Shown here piece by piece: positions 1-13,988 of a stretch of DNA of 64,000 nt. This stretch comes from Paraspadella gotoi. Taxonomy: Eukaryota; Animalia; Chaetognatha. Every line of letters starts with the position of its first letter. The first letter of the stretch is position 1. The notes under the pieces were generated by a model. That model saw only the letters and a list, made by a program, of their open reading frames with translations, was not told the origin of the DNA and searched no databases. Location: NCBI GenBank assembly GCA_051294375.1, contig CM119264.1:31190135-31254134 (forward strand), given 5' to 3'. The position numbers were made by a program, and so were the translations under genes.

Positions 1-820
1 ATTGGCTTCTTTATCGAAAAGGAAGAAAAGGAATTGGGAAAAGAGAAATGAAAAAGAAGAGAGGGTCGAGGATTCATCATAGCGATAGCAAATGGTTGAA
101 GGAAGCGTTGATGCCGTAATGCTGTCAGCTGATGTCGTGAATAAAGTGTATGAAGCGACGATGTAGGAGACAGCTTGTTATAAACAACCAAGCACGGCTG
201 TTGTCTAAGAAAAAGTTTTTACAAGTGGTTCTTAGTACTAGGGTATTAGCTGTTGTCAATCTATTCGTGTAAATTTTCTAAAAAAAAAAAAAGTTTTGCT
301 TGTCAAAAAAATCTTATTATTGTTTTGTAATGTCATGCTAAACAACAGTATTGTGTTATTAAAAAAATGTATTGTGAATTTCGTTTTTGGGCGATTAAGG
401 TTTTAAATTATGTTACATATTAATTATATTACGAAAAATAATGAAAATACATGTAAATACAATGGAACAAAGATTAGTTGTACAATTAAAATAAACAATA
501 ATTTTTATTAAATGAGAAGTATAATTAAATTTTTAATGTTAACTTCCATTTGTGACTAATAATTAATTAATTCGTTACTGTTAATAAATTCGATCCGATC
601 TTTTTTCCCTTTTTTTAGACGATAAAGATTGAAATTAATACTTATTAAAATATTAGAAGTAAACATTTTAGCCTACAAAGTCCTACCTTTTAATCTCTTT
701 TTTTGTCGCTAGACTTTTGTTTTATTTTTGTTCTGGCGACAACGAGACTCAGTGGCAGATCAAAGTTTGGGCTGGGCGTCGTACGCGACCGGCGTCCTGG
801 GTCATGTGTCGCTGGTTGCC
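1..820 (-). other. Possible exons of an unidentified minus-strand gene running off the left edge
   Basis: GC-richer island 687-820 is bounded on the minus strand by ttgcag| and aag|gtagga. Bases 1-173 have an open minus frame (AVSYIVASYTLFTTSADS...). No recognisable domain, and the frames could not be joined cleanly. Confidence 0.2.
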
Positions 821-1131
821 TGCAATCAAAACCCTTTTCTCAAAACCATAAAAAAAAAGTACACTTCTTCTCTACTCTCTCTCTCTCCCTTTCTTTCTCC
901 CTCCTCCTTCCTCTCTCTCTTTCTCCCTCTCTCTTCCTCTTTCCCTCTCCTCTCTCTCTCTTTCTCTCTCTCTTTCTTTTTCTCTTTCTCTCTTTCTCCC
1001 TCCTCCTTCTCTCTCCTCCTCTCTCTTCTCTCTCTCCTCTCCCTTTCTTCTCCCTCCTCTTCCTCTCTCTCTCTCTCTTTTCTCTCTTTCTCCTCCTCTT
1101 CCTCTCTCCTCTCCTCTCTCTCTCCTCTCCT

Positions 1132-1163
<32 letters not shown>

Positions 1164-2824
1164 TCATAGCCTTTCTCCCCCCTCTCTCACTCTCTCACTA
1201 TCTCACTTTCACTGTGTCCCTCTTTCTTTTTCTTTATCTCATCTAAAATATTCATCTCAAACTTAAATTCGTTTAGGAATTTAAAAAACAAATGTTTTGT
1301 TTCGATAGTCGGTCAGTCAGTCTCTCACTACCCCGTTGTTTTTATTCCCATAATTTTCCATTTTTTTCTTCCACTTATCAGATAATCATTTAATTAAATA
1401 CCAATTAATTCCTTTTTTCTTCGCTTTTCATTCACTAATGAGGAATTTCGACCTTTTTTCATTGTCTCTGTACAACCCGCATTGATTCAAGTCACGTGAC
1501 CTGGCATTCAAAAAAACGGCTGAGTATATTTTTTGTACATACAATTTAACCTGATGGCAATCATGATAAGCTCAATGATATTGTCATACATTATAAACAT
1601 TTCATTACAAATTGACTTAAAGAAATGTATTGTAAACAAAATTCCACTAATATTTTATTTTCCTTTTCATGAATTACTTATCTTAATTTTTGCCAAAGAC
1701 GTCGGCGACTTCAAAGGTTCCTTCGGCAACGATCTTCAACCATCTCAACGACTGGAGCCAAAGCCAAAGCCAAAGCCAAAGCCAAAGCCAAAGCCAAAGC
1801 CAAAGCCAAAGCTTCTTTAAGCATATCACCACAAAACCCTCGTCACTTACTTTGAAGCAAAATTGAAATCAATACTGTTTCTGATTTTGTCAATACTGTT
1901 TTTGGTATTAATAAAAAAAATCAGTGTCTTTTATTAATACCATTACTGATACCGTTCCAGTCTTTTTACGCTGTTATTGATAACGTTAGTTACTGTTTTT
2001 GTATTCAATTGTGATAATATCGCTTTTGTTATTAATAAAAAATAAAAAATAAAAAAGTTGAAATCAATTTTTGACGGGGGTAAAATATTTTGTGACCTCC
2101 CGTCCGGTCATTTTTCCCTGGACATTTAGTTGACCTTTTCAGACCAGTCTTTTCACCGTTCTAGTCGCTTTCTTCGTGACTTTTTATTCGATCATAATAG
2201 TTTCTCAGTGAAAGATCGGCCGCATGGAACCGTAGTTTTTACGGAATAGCAAAAAAGCTATCGATTGGTGCAAGAAAAAAATTCATTGGTTCGGGCAGTA
2301 GAATACAGCAATACTTTAAAGTCAGAGCCTGAAAACGGATTTGGGAAAAAATGATTTTTGAAAGTTAAGTTGATGATACTTTTTTTATGACTGATGATAA
2401 AAGATTATTATTATTTTAATTCGATTTAGGTCAAAAATAGTAAACACTTATCCCTACAGATATTCTATGCTGAATTTGTTCAGCCAATTTCATATTATAA
2501 ACATTTTATAACAAGGAAAAGTCATTGACTCTTGTTGACTGAAAAAAAGAAACAAATTTTTCCCCCCGGTTTTTTGTACTAATCCAATTTGTCCTCCTAT
2601 AACTTTCGGACGCTTTGCTCGATTTTATTGGGACTTGGACCAATCGCTTCATCATTCAAAAAGCTTTGTTTTTAGTTTCTATGTCTTCGTAGAATTCAGC
2701 CATCCAATACGATTTTTTTGATGCGAAAAGGTGGCTACTTTTTTTTGCGCCGCAGTGTAATTTCGCCATTTATTTACCTCGACATTTACGTCATTTGTGA
2801 TTTAGTAAAACCTTGCTCCATGTT

Positions 2825-2920
2825 AAAGCCAAGCCGACGAATCGAACGCGCGACCCTCGAGGCATAGAAAGTAATAAACATTTTTCACCGCTTGCTTTAC
2901 GAATTGCTAACGAGGCCAAG
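2825..2920 (-). mobile_element. Degenerate tRNA-derived (SINE-like) head
   Basis: Minus strand reads ggcctcgTTAGCAATTCG...gggtcgcgcGTTCGATTCg, i.e. A-box-like and B-box-like motifs. No convincing cloverleaf. Confidence 0.3.
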
Positions 2921-3231
2921 GGCCAGGTTAAGATTTGGGTTCAGGGGTTAAGTCTCAGGTGATAGATAGAGAAAAAAGTTCAATGGACATTCTGTGGTCA
3001 TTTGACAAAAAAAAGGAACAAAAAAAAAAAAAAAACTTCTTCAGGTCTTCACAGTGAAAATGTTTGACTTCGATTTTCACCAAATATCGAATTTTTTTTC
3101 TTCTTTTGCGTTCATTTCCTTTTGCTTTGAAAATCTGCATTTAAATCATCTTCACGTAAAGAAGGACATAAGCAGCAAAAAAAGCAAAGAAAAGCAAAAA
3201 GAGCAAAAAGAGCAAAAAGAGCAAAAAGAAG

Positions 3232-3794
3232 ATGAATTCAAACGATATCAAAAATTTTCCTGAAATGCGCGTCTTACAGGAGGCAGAAATCAACAACAAA
3301 GACAAAGAGAAAGACAAATTTAGGTGAGGTATATCCAATTTTAAATTTAGCTGCCAAATGCAAATAGATAAAAAAACTACTATATATTATAATGATTTTA
3401 ATTATGGCTAAAAAGTAAAAAAAGGGCTCAATGAACAGAAACAAATGTAATAAAGTTTTTACAAATAATCCATTTTTAATGAAATCAATTCTAAACAAAA
3501 ATTAAACTTTTCTTTGAGCGATGTTCTTTTGTCTCCTATCGCATTTTGCTTTTCAGTGGGCCGCCGAAAGATGGCGCCTCCGCTTGGGTCTCTTGCGTAG
3601 CTTTCTTCCTCACCGNNNNNNNNNNGCCGAAAGATGGCGCCCGCGCTTGGGTCTCTTGCGTAGCTTTCTTCCTCACAGTCTTTCTCAATTTCGGCAACGC
3701 GCGTCTCCTCGGAATGTTCTTTGAAGAATGGGAAAGAGAATTTGGCACAACGACGAGTCAAGCATCTTGGATGACGGCCACTGGTAGGTTGGGT

Positions 3795-3862
<68 letters not shown>

Positions 3863-6800
3863 ATGATGATGATGATGATGATTATGATGATGATGATTAT
3901 GATGATGAATTTTAATGAATTGGAATCAAAGCGAAAATAGTATTATATGAAATTGGTACAATTGGTATATATTATTAGTAGTATTTGTTTTTAAGTCTAA
4001 CAAAGAAGTCTCATTGAATTCTATTCCATTCTATTTTTGTTATCACTTTAAACAAAACAATATATGTACATAATACATAATAAATATTCAAGTTTGAACA
4101 ATTAAATATACATGGCGATGACCCTGCTCCTTCTATCTCCGTCACCAATCAAACCTACCCCCCCCAACCAAGCTTTCTTCATGCTTGGTTTGGGATCACC
4201 TATTGCTTCCTTTCTCTTGGGATTTCTCTCTCCATCAACAATCGTCTTTCTCTCTGGGATTTTATCATCAACTGGTTACGTCGCCATCTTTTTTGCGAAA
4301 TCATTTCCCGTCGTGGTCGTCATGGTCAGTTCCATTCATTCATTGATTCATTCATTGATTCATTCATTCATTCATTCATTCATTCATTCATGCATTCATT
4401 TATTTATTCATTCATTCGTTCATTCATTTATGCATTCATTTATTTATTCACATATTCATTCATTCATTCATTTATGCATTCATTTATTTATTCACTTATT
4501 CATTCATTGATTAAATCTTTAATTCCTTTCAGTATGTATTCATTAATTAAATTCCATCATTCGTTCCATCAATCATTCATTTAATAGTTCAGTGAGTCAT
4601 TCGACTCATTCAATCATATATCCATTGCATTATTCATTCTCTTATTTACTCATTCTATTCATTAATTCATTAATTTGTTCATTTAATATTATTCATTATT
4701 ATTCATTCAATCTTTCATTCATTCCATTATACTTCCATCCAATCAATAATTCCATCATTTTTTCATTCATTCATCCATTCATTTATTCACTCATTCATTC
4801 ACTCATTCATTTATTCATTCATCCCTTCATTCATTCATTCACTCATTCATAATTTCATTCACTCATTCATTCATCCATTCATTCATTCATTCATCCATCC
4901 AATCAATTAATCCATTAATTCATTCATTTATTCATTCATTCATTCATTCATTCATTCTTTCAATTCCACACTTACTCAGAACCTTCTCTCCTTCACCGGC
5001 GCCGGCATCATCCACACAGCGACCTACATCTGTGTGGGAGAGTGGAGCGAGAAATTTCGCCCTTTGATGATAGGGTTGGGGAATTTCGGATCCCCTGTTG
5101 CGGGGATGACCTTTCCCCGACTCTTTGAATTCTTGCAGGATGAATTCGGTTGGAGAGGGTGAGTTTGAAGGCGGGAATTGCACAATGGTCGCGGGAATTG
5201 CACAGTTTGATCCGGTGGCTCATTGAATAAAGTCATAAGCTCGTGACCGTTGCGTATCGGGATCGATTCCCAACGGGAATACGTGAGGACGGCTGTAAAC
5301 CGCCTTGGAGGCCTGAAAAAAGTTTCCAATCCCAGGACCCCGTTCCATGGGTTACGAAAGGTTGCCAATGATGTCGTTTTTATTCTGCTTAGTCCTTCAA
5401 CACAAGTTGAATTATTAATGCAGAGAAGGATAGTAAGTTAGCGGTTTGATATAAACTCAACATTTACTAATTCAATTTAAATTCATTTTTCATCTTTTTA
5501 TCTCCTCCTCCTCCTCCCTCTCCCCCACCATAGCGTCTTCCTCATCGCAGGCGGCCTCTTCCTCAACAACTGCGTCGCCGCGTCCGTCCTGCGGCGTTTC
5601 CCGACGCAGCACGCCGCCGCCGCCGCTTCTTCCGGCAAAACGTCTCCGGCGCCGAGATTCGACTTGAACGCTTTCCGGATTTGCTTCATTCGGTTTCTCC
5701 CAATTTATTGTTTGTTTCATTTCGGATGCGCGAATGGATTCGTCGGCTTCCATCCTTCGTTGGCGACCGAATTGGGGTTAGGAGAAAGGGAGAAGTCCAT
5801 TGCAGTGATTTGCTTGGGTGAGTTGATTGGTTGGGCTGGAATTGTGATTGGTGATGGTATTTGGTGATTCGTGATGTCGATTGCAGTGAATTGCTTGGGT
5901 GAGTTGATGAGTTGATGGATGGTGATTATGATCCTCTTAAAACCTCTTACCTCTCACCATTTATACCTTCACATTCTCTTCAGTCTTACCACCATAGACT
6001 CACCTCTCCTATCACCACGTTCTCACCACTACTACTAATTCCACCACTCCTACTACTAAGTCCCACCACTCCTACTACAAAGTCCCACCATTCCTACTAC
6101 CAAAGTCCCACCATTCCTACTACCAGTCCACCATTCCTACTACCAAGTCCCACCATTCCTACTACCAAGTCCACCATTCCTACTACCAAGTCCCATCACT
6201 CCTACTACCAAGTCCCACCATTCCTACTACCAAGTGCCATCACTTCTACTACCAAGTGCCACCACTCCTACCACATTCTCACCACTCCTACCACATTCTG
6301 ACCATTCCAACCATATTCTTACCACTCCTACCACACTCTCACCACTACAACCACATTCTCACCACTCAACCACATTTCTCACACTCCTACACACTCTCAC
6401 CACTCAAACCATATTTTCACACTCCTACGACATTCTCACCACTCCAACCACATTCTCACCACTCCTACCACACTCACCACTCTACAACATTCACTCCTAC
6501 CACACTCTCACACTCACACATTCTCACCACTCCAACCACATCTCACCACTCCTACCCAACTCTCACCACTCCTACACACACTCTACCACACTCTCACACT
6601 CTACGACATTCTCACCACTCCAACCACATTCTCACCATCCAACCACATTCTCACCACCTAACCACATTCTCACCACTCTAACCACAATCTCACCACTCCT
6701 ACCACATTCTCACCATCACACATCTCACCATCCTCCACATTCTCACCATTCCTACCACATTCTCACCATTCCTACCACATTCTCACCATTCCTACCACAT

Positions 6801-7182
6801 TCTCACCATTCCACCACATTTCACCACTCCTACCACATTCTCACCACTCCTACCACATTCTCACCACTCCTACCACCACTTTCCCACCCCACAGGCGCCT
6901 CCGATCTGATCACCCGTCTCGTCCTCTCTTTCCTCGTCAATCTTCCTCGCCTTCGTCTTCACCTCGCTCTTCTCCTTCTCCTCTTTGAATTGCTGATGGT
7001 CGTCGGGTCTTTGTTGGCGGGATTCGCCAATGATTTCGGCACGCTCGTCTTCGCCAGGTTAGCTCTGTCTCTGTCTGTTCCGTCTGTCTCTCTTTCTTTT
7101 ATTCTTTACAATGTAATTTCATTGTCGTTGGGTCCCTTTTTTTGGTCAGTTTAAGTTTAAGTTAGCCTCCTCTCTTCTCTCT

Positions 7183-7220
<38 letters not shown>

Positions 7221-7725
7221 CTCTTTTCTTCTTCTTTCTCTCTCTCTCTTTTCCTCTCCCTATTTACCTCTCTGTCAGTCTGCATTTTTTCTATTTTATC
7301 TGTCTTTTTGTTTGATTGTTTTCTGTCTGTCCCTCTGTGACTCCCTCTCTATCTTTCCCCCTTTCAGTATCGTCTTCGGCATCCCCTACGGAAGCTGGGA
7401 TCTCTGCTTCTTCTCTTTCCTCTCCGACGCTGTCACGCAGCCTCAGCTTCCTGCCGCGACTGCTGCGTGTTTCCTCGGCGGCGCTGTCTCGTCTCTACTG
7501 CTGCCGCCGCTGGCAGGATTCGTCGCCGACGAGACGGGGCGATACGTCGACGTCTTCTTCTTCTTCTCGGGGCTGTTGGGGGCGGGGGCGTGCCTTTTGG
7601 GCTGCGTCTGGTGGTTGGAGAGGGGGAGGAGGAAGAGGAGGGGGGAGAAGAGGGGGAGAGGTAAGAAGGAGGAAGGGAGGAATCGGGAGGAAGAGGAAGA
7701 GGAGAAGAAGAGAGGAAAAATATGA
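3232..7725 (+). CDS. SLC16/monocarboxylate-transporter family MFS protein, 7 exons
   Basis: Exons 3232-3323, 3557-3783 (contains an N gap with ~60 bp duplicated on either side), 4173-4324, 4980-5158, 5534-5817, 6895-7057, 7368-7725. All GT-AG with matching phases. Motifs GPPKDGASAWVSC (MCT PPDGGWGW), EWSEKFRPLMIG, EFGWRG, PPLAGFVADETGRY, plus multiple hydrophobic helices. Confidence 0.85.
5190..5400 (+). mobile_element. Diverged copy of the tRNA-box-bearing short LTR family (intron 4 of the SLC16 gene)
   Basis: gtggctcattgaataaag...gggatcgattccc...gtgaggacggctgtaaaccgccttgg...cccaggaccccgttccatgg aligns by eye to 36402-36687. Ends are eroded. Confidence 0.6.
5990..6880. repeat. Intronic C/A-rich minisatellite (~20-bp units such as ccacattctcaccactccta)
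   Basis: Visible tandem periodicity inside intron 5 of the SLC16 gene. Confidence 0.9.
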
Positions 7726-7899
7726 TTTAAGATAATTTGTACGTTTTGTAAATTTCTGTTATTTTTGTGAATATTTTAATGTAAAATTCAGTTGTACATA
7801 TAGAATCGTTATAAATTCGCCTAATTTTGATTAATGAGCTAATATTTTTTTAAAAATATTACTAATGGGAAGAATTAAAATTAAGAATTAAAACTGGAT

Positions 7900-8319
7900 A
7901 ATAGAGCGTAGTGAAGTTCACGTATAAATATTCTAATTGTCAATTATGAACAACGTACCACCAGTGAACATTAATTTATCACAAAAAATATAATTTTATA
8001 TTTTGTAATTTTCGCATTAGGCTATATTTATATATAGTACTATCCTTACTATTCTTTTGACCAAATTAATGTAAGAATTTTTACAAAAGAGTTATATTTT
8101 TATCAACTTTTTATGACGAATCAAAATCTTCAAAAAAATCTGATAAAAATAATTTTTAAATTTTAACATTTATAGGGTTAGTACTATAGCCTAATGCGTA
8201 AATTGCAAAAATTATAATATATATTTTTTTCATTAATGTTCATTAGTACAACGTTGTTCATTCTTCAATTTTAGAATTTTAATTTGAGTTAAATCTAAAC
8301 TTTTAACTACGCTTTACTG
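7900..8319. mobile_element. MITE-like element with long imperfect terminal inverted repeats
   Basis: Left arm tagagcgtagt...tgaacattaat...cgcattaggctata is mirrored by tatagcctaatgcg...attaatgttca...actacgctttactg. Confidence 0.6.
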
Positions 8320-9103
8320 TTAAGCCGGGAACAGAAACCACTAGCCGGTCTACAGGGATAAATCCTTGGGCCTTTGTATTGAGAAGCTACTGACTTGCCA
8401 GGGGTGTCATTGAACGATCCAGCTTGTAACTCTCGTTAGAATTTTTAATAAAGGAATTGCGCAATACGAGAAAACCTTCTCGCTGGTTTTACGTAACTTT
8501 CTTGGGAAAGTAGCTCTACCGGTTTTTTTAATTACCATTGGGAAAGGCTAAACTTAAGGCTTGTATAAACCTTAAAGGAAAGAGTTACTAACCTAATTAA
8601 ATTCTTTGGGTGACGAATAAGCCACATGCTCCTTCATTACGTAACCATAAAATTTATAAGGAACGTGAAGTTGATGACGGAAATTGACAAGAGAAAAGGG
8701 TTGAATGAAAAATGTAGAATGAAGAATGAAGAATGAAGAAAGTAGAATGAAGAATGAAGAATGAAGAATAAAGAAAGAAGAATGAAGAATGAAGAAAGTA
8801 GAATGAAGAATGAAGAATGAAGAAAGTAGAATGAAGAATGACGAATGAAGAATTAGAAAACAAGATTTGAATTTCATAAGAATGAATCCAACTGAGAAAA
8901 CGAAAAAAAATAATAAATTTTATTGTTTGAAAATCGCGGAGGTGTGGTTAATTGCGAGAACCTACGAGTGGTTTCGTTGAGGTCTTTGTAGATCGTCTTT
9001 GTAAATCTTCCTTCATGTTTAAAAGGGAACCGTTTTTGCTGGTTTGAATAATAACAAAACGTAATTATAGATTGAAACACGATTATGAAATTGTTATTTT
9101 TAG

Positions 9104-9182
<79 letters not shown>

Positions 9183-10131
9183 GTCAAAAAATAAATGTCC
9201 ATAAAGTTGATGAAATACTAAAAAAATTATGTCAGTTTGAAAACGTTTGAAAACGAACTTTTAAATTTCTAATGAAAAATAAAAAAAAAAAAAAAAAAGA
9301 ATGTTACATCTACTAGGTACAGAATAAAGTAGATATCTGAAAAGGCTAGTCTTAAAAAAATCCTAAATAAAGAATTTAAAAAATAAATTAGCAGAAAATG
9401 AAAGTTATAGTTATATATAAATCAAAATTAAAATTAGAATGAAAATTAAAATTGAAAGTTTTACATTTTTAAAAACCTAACAAAAAATGTCGCTCCAATT
9501 TCCTAACAAAAAAAGCTAAATAAAAGTCAGAAGGTTTTCCCCCAACTTCTGCTAAGTGAAACAATTAAGTTATTGTTTAAAGTATCAGTTTTAACGATTA
9601 GTTTAAAATTTTAAATTATAGTCGCGAGATCAAAGACAGAATGATTACTTAACAATCGCCTCTTTTAAGAAAACTGGTTCTCGTTTCCATGATTTTATTT
9701 TTATTGTCAACAGACCTCCCGTTGTGGGCAATGTTTTCCGAAAGCAGACTCATTTCAGTTTAAATTACGAATTGAAAAAATATTATATTAAAAGAGTTTA
9801 TGTCCAATAATTAAATTAGGGGTTAGGGATTAAGTTAGGGATAAGGCTTTTGGGTTAGGGATTAAATTAGGGATTAGGCTTTGGAGTTAGGAAATGGATT
9901 TGGTTAATGTTTTGGTTAAGGTTTAAGGGTTAACAGGACAAGGTTTTATTTATTATGGTTAAATTTTAAGATTAAAAACAAAATTTGGAGATTTTGGAAA
10001 AAAGTGCCGTCGTCGTCATCGTCGTTGTCATCGTCGCCACCGGTTCCGTGAGATTTCGTTTTCTTATTCGTTGGGTCATTGAATTTTGGTCAGGTGCGAA
10101 ATTCCACAGAGTAATTATAATTTATTGTCTA

Positions 10132-10164
<33 letters not shown>

Positions 10165-10259
10165 TCACCCTTCCCGTGAAATTTGGTCACTAGGATGATT
10201 GTTAGTGGGTCATAGATGTTTCAACTCAATTTGAGAAATAAAATTTGGTTCAGTTATCA

Positions 10260-10312
<53 letters not shown>

Positions 10313-10599
10313 TTGAATTTTATTGTTAATAAGCAACAACAAAAAAATAAACAATTGTTAAATATTTTTTCATCTCAAAAGTTTTATTCAATTTTATACT
10401 CATTTAAGATGATTATGATTATGATTAATCGGCAGAACAATTAGTCTTTTTGTTTTTTTCAACATAAAGGTTAAGTATTCTTAAATAGAAATTCCTATAT
10501 ATATACAAAGTTGTATATTTCTTTACAAACCTGTAGCTGTAGGGAGGATGTTAAATTGCTTCCTAATTATTGGCTCATGTTGACAAATAACATTTTGTT

Positions 10600-11071
10600 A
10601 ACCGACAAGTTTAGCATGAGAGGTAATTAACCGTCTTACGCAATAGATAATCTGGTGATTTCTTACAAATGTCACGTTTTTTTTAACAGTTGTTTACGTA
10701 ATACTATATTGGACCTTTTTCATTCTCCCTATGTCCATTTACCAATCTGTCTAAAAGTGCTAGGATTCTGAAATTCATAACTATGAAGAAACGACTTAAA
10801 TCTAGAATCAAGTTACCTAATTTTCAAATCTTTCACCGATTTTCTTTTGACGTTTTCCGTTTTTCATTTCCACGCAAAAACGTGAGAAACGGGTTTTTCA
10901 TTTTCACCCCTTGGTATAAAAATCGCTGCGCAATCCACGATCCAGGTTTTTTCTGGTTGTGCTTTGATTTAGCTAAGATTTTGCAAATTGTTATTTTTTT
11001 TTGTCAAATAAGTTGTGCGTTTTGATTGTCTAAATATCTTTTTCTCGCTCTTTTCTGGTCCACCGGTGAGT
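10600..11071 (+). promoter_or_regulatory. Candidate promoter and 5'UTR exon of peroxidase A
   Basis: Non-coding block conserved with 22985-23400, TATAAAAA at 10915, strong donor ccg|gtgagt at 11066. An acceptor tttcag| lies 25 nt before the ATG (13963). Confidence 0.45.
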
Positions 11072-11610
11072 AAACAAAATTACATTTGCATATTGGAGTA
11101 TGATTTTTTGAGTAATTTTTGTCGAAAATATTATGATTGCTATATTGTAATATTTTTAGTTCTTTTTCTACGTTTTATGATTAACTTTACTTAAGAAAAG
11201 GAAAAGATCTTGAAAACTTTCAAAGCATTTGAGGAACTTTTAAGTATCTATTTTAAAAATTGTGATTACTGCTACGGTAAATAATACTAATTCTAAAAAA
11301 TAGAAACTTGTTGCGTTCACACAATACTCAGTCATTTTTGTCGTATGCTATTCGTTTTCCTATCTTCTTTTTAATGTTTGTTATATGTTTGTTTTGATCT
11401 ATAAAAGATGGAAATTGTGTAATGGTGAGTAAATATTATTCCACTTCATTGATAGGTAAGCCAGGTACTCTGGGAGTGAATAAACGATACTGAGAGAGAG
11501 TCTTTGTCATTATGTAATTATCTTGTAAGAGTGATGGAGGACTTAAACCACCAAAGCCTGTCTAAAGTCAGGGGAGAAATAGCTTATTTAATAAATTAAT
11601 GAATAATCTT

Positions 11611-12364
11611 TACATCACGCATAAAACGGGGTATATTTTTTCTTAATCGAGCAAACAAAAAGATTTCGGAATCTTCTTTACCTTTTTTTAAAAATTTTTG
11701 ATTTTATTTTAAATTTCTTTTTCCTTAACTTTTTTCTCGAATTTTTTTGTCAAATTTTTTTTCTAACAATTAATTCCTAATTACTATTGCATAAAAAGGT
11801 TTTATTAAATAATTAATACAAAAAAACAAGATTTATTTATTTTATTAAACGTTGCTTTCAAAATTCAAATCATTTCTATGGTAAGAAAGAGTAAATAAGA
11901 ATAAGGAGGATAAAGCAGATGAGTAGGGTGAAAATCAGAAAGAGAAACAGTGAGAGAGAGAGAGAGAGATGATGATGATGATGATGATAACAAAACTTAA
12001 AATGCCCGAGCGTAAGCTCTTAGGGCAATACTTAGTATAATTTAAAGGAAAATGTTGCCGGCGGTTAAAAATAGTTTACGGAGTACTACTCCACTTGCAG
12101 TCTTAGGGCACAATACTATGAAATTGGTACAACCAATATAAAAATTATCCATTCATTTAATAAATAAGCTATCTTGCCCCTGACTTTGGACAGGCTTTGG
12201 TGGTTTAAGGCCTCCATCACTCTTTATTAGAGACTTCGCCTGCCGCACGCGCATCTTATCTTAAGATGTTCACAGACATTAATAAACAACAATGAAATAA
12301 TGAAATTTGTCGGCTGATAATAATTTATAGATGCAGATAATTAATAATGCTAACGAAAGACAGT

Positions 12365-12412
<48 letters not shown>

Positions 12413-12851
12413 AAATGAAGAGAGACTCTAGGCAGAGTTTTCGCTAATCATAAAATGAGTAAAAAACTTCTTCAAAGCAAACATCTTGATAAGTTATAGT
12501 TGCCGCTGTAAGACCATTGTCAGCAGAATATTGGGATCTGGTATCCATAGAATCTAAAATTTTTGATAAAAAGACAGATTTAATCCAAAAGAAAAGTAAA
12601 AACAACTAAACACGTTCTCAAGGATTTTCAAGAAGACTGTTCTCATTTCGTGCGGGCCATACCTTTAGACATATCCATGAATTTCAGTAACCAGTTGAAA
12701 GGTCTTTTCATCCTATTGAATTAGCCGTATGCGAACAAAAAAAAATGTTCAGGGAAAATTAATAAAACGAAGAAAAGATAATTTAAATCGCGAATTCCAA
12801 CGCGTTAAAACTATTCATTTTCGGTTTTTACCCCGTTTTATGCGTGATGCA
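11611..12851. mobile_element. ~1.24-kb non-autonomous TIR DNA transposon (TA target), only in duplicate A
   Basis: TIRs tacatcacgcataaaacgggg / ccccgttttatgcgtgatgca. The empty site tctttatattgg is seen in unit 2 near 24455. Confidence 0.75.
11950..12037 (+). mobile_element. Helitron-like 3' end
   Basis: (GA)n(GAT)n, then hairpin gcccgagcgtaagctc..gggc and terminal cTTAG-t, a variant of the CTRR end. Confidence 0.35.
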
Positions 12852-13988
12852 TATTGGTGGAACCAATTTTATATATTTTTTTCAAAATATTTTCTTTTAT
12901 ATTTGTAACAGTAATTGTACATATTGATTAATTAATTAATTCAATAAAATGTTTGAATATATATCTCATGAACAAATGAAATATATTGGCTCTAATGATG
13001 ATGAGGAAATGATGAGGAAACGGTGCATGCTGGCGAAACATATCGGTTCTTTCTGATTGGTGCAGTTTATTTTTTGTGCTACTAATTCAATCAATAAATT
13101 GAAAATACATGTATAGTAGCGTGATGTGAAAATGCTAAAATTTTTATAAAATCAAAATTTAACATATAGAGCATGAAAATAAAATTTAATAAAAATACTT
13201 TGGTAAATTTATTTTTTAATTTTATACATTATTGGGCAGAGTAAGCTATATTTATAAATAGTAATAAGTATATAATTGGCTAAAATTTCAAAATACAAAT
13301 TTAAAAATTTTAAGATCGGATTTGGATTCCTTGCAAAAACTTGCTATAAGAAAGTATAATTTAAAAAAAAAAATTCATTAAGTTGACAAAAAATATAAAA
13401 AACTATATTTAAAACGCAGATTTTTAATTTCCGGCTTAAGAATATAGTTTTTTATAATTTTAACCTACTTACAAACATAATTTTTGAAAAAGATTTATAT
13501 TTTATTTATCAACTATTTACGGTTCTCTGTTTTCAGAGTTATAAAAAATATTTTATATATAAAATTAGTACTATATACATTAAGGTGGGCCAAAATTGAA
13601 CACTTTTTATAACTTTTAATTCTCTCAAAAAAATTATAGTAATAAAATAATCTTTAAATGCTAATTAATAAGATAAATTTTAAAAATTATTTTCATTTTT
13701 ATTATCTCTAACAATCACTTAACCATTATTTGAGAGAACTTCTAGTTTTCAACCATATTAAGCTGACTGGGCAACTACAGTCATAAAAAAAATAAATTAT
13801 AGATTTGTATTCACTAATATAATAGTTTTCAAGATTTAACTGCTAAATTTTGTTTCTAAACTTTCACTTCACCCTAATATATAGCCTATAAAATAACAAC
13901 TTTAATTATATAATAACCAAACAAGAATTGCTTCAAAATATATAAATCCGATTTAACTTTCAGAATCACATCAAGTCTCTTTGACAAA

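Noticed and set aside
703-1266. Long Leu/Ser- and Glu/Arg-rich ORFs (also 41749-42369, 46239-46685, 48709-49306, 52405-53037, 59592-60137)
   Set aside because: Translations of CT/GA microsatellite tracts that lack stop codons by composition.
1491-1500. Perfect GTCACGTGAC (E-box/CLEAR-like) palindrome
   Set aside because: Single 10-mer with no established transcription start nearby, so it cannot be distinguished from chance.
3560-3680. Apparent tandem duplication of PKDGA.AWVSCVAFFLT in the SLC16 exon
   Set aside because: The copies flank a 10-N gap. This is the typical unmerged contig overlap, probably two alleles.
6234-7154. 306-aa His/Thr/Pro-rich ORF
   Set aside because: Mostly intronic minisatellite. 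Only 6895-7057 is a real exon.
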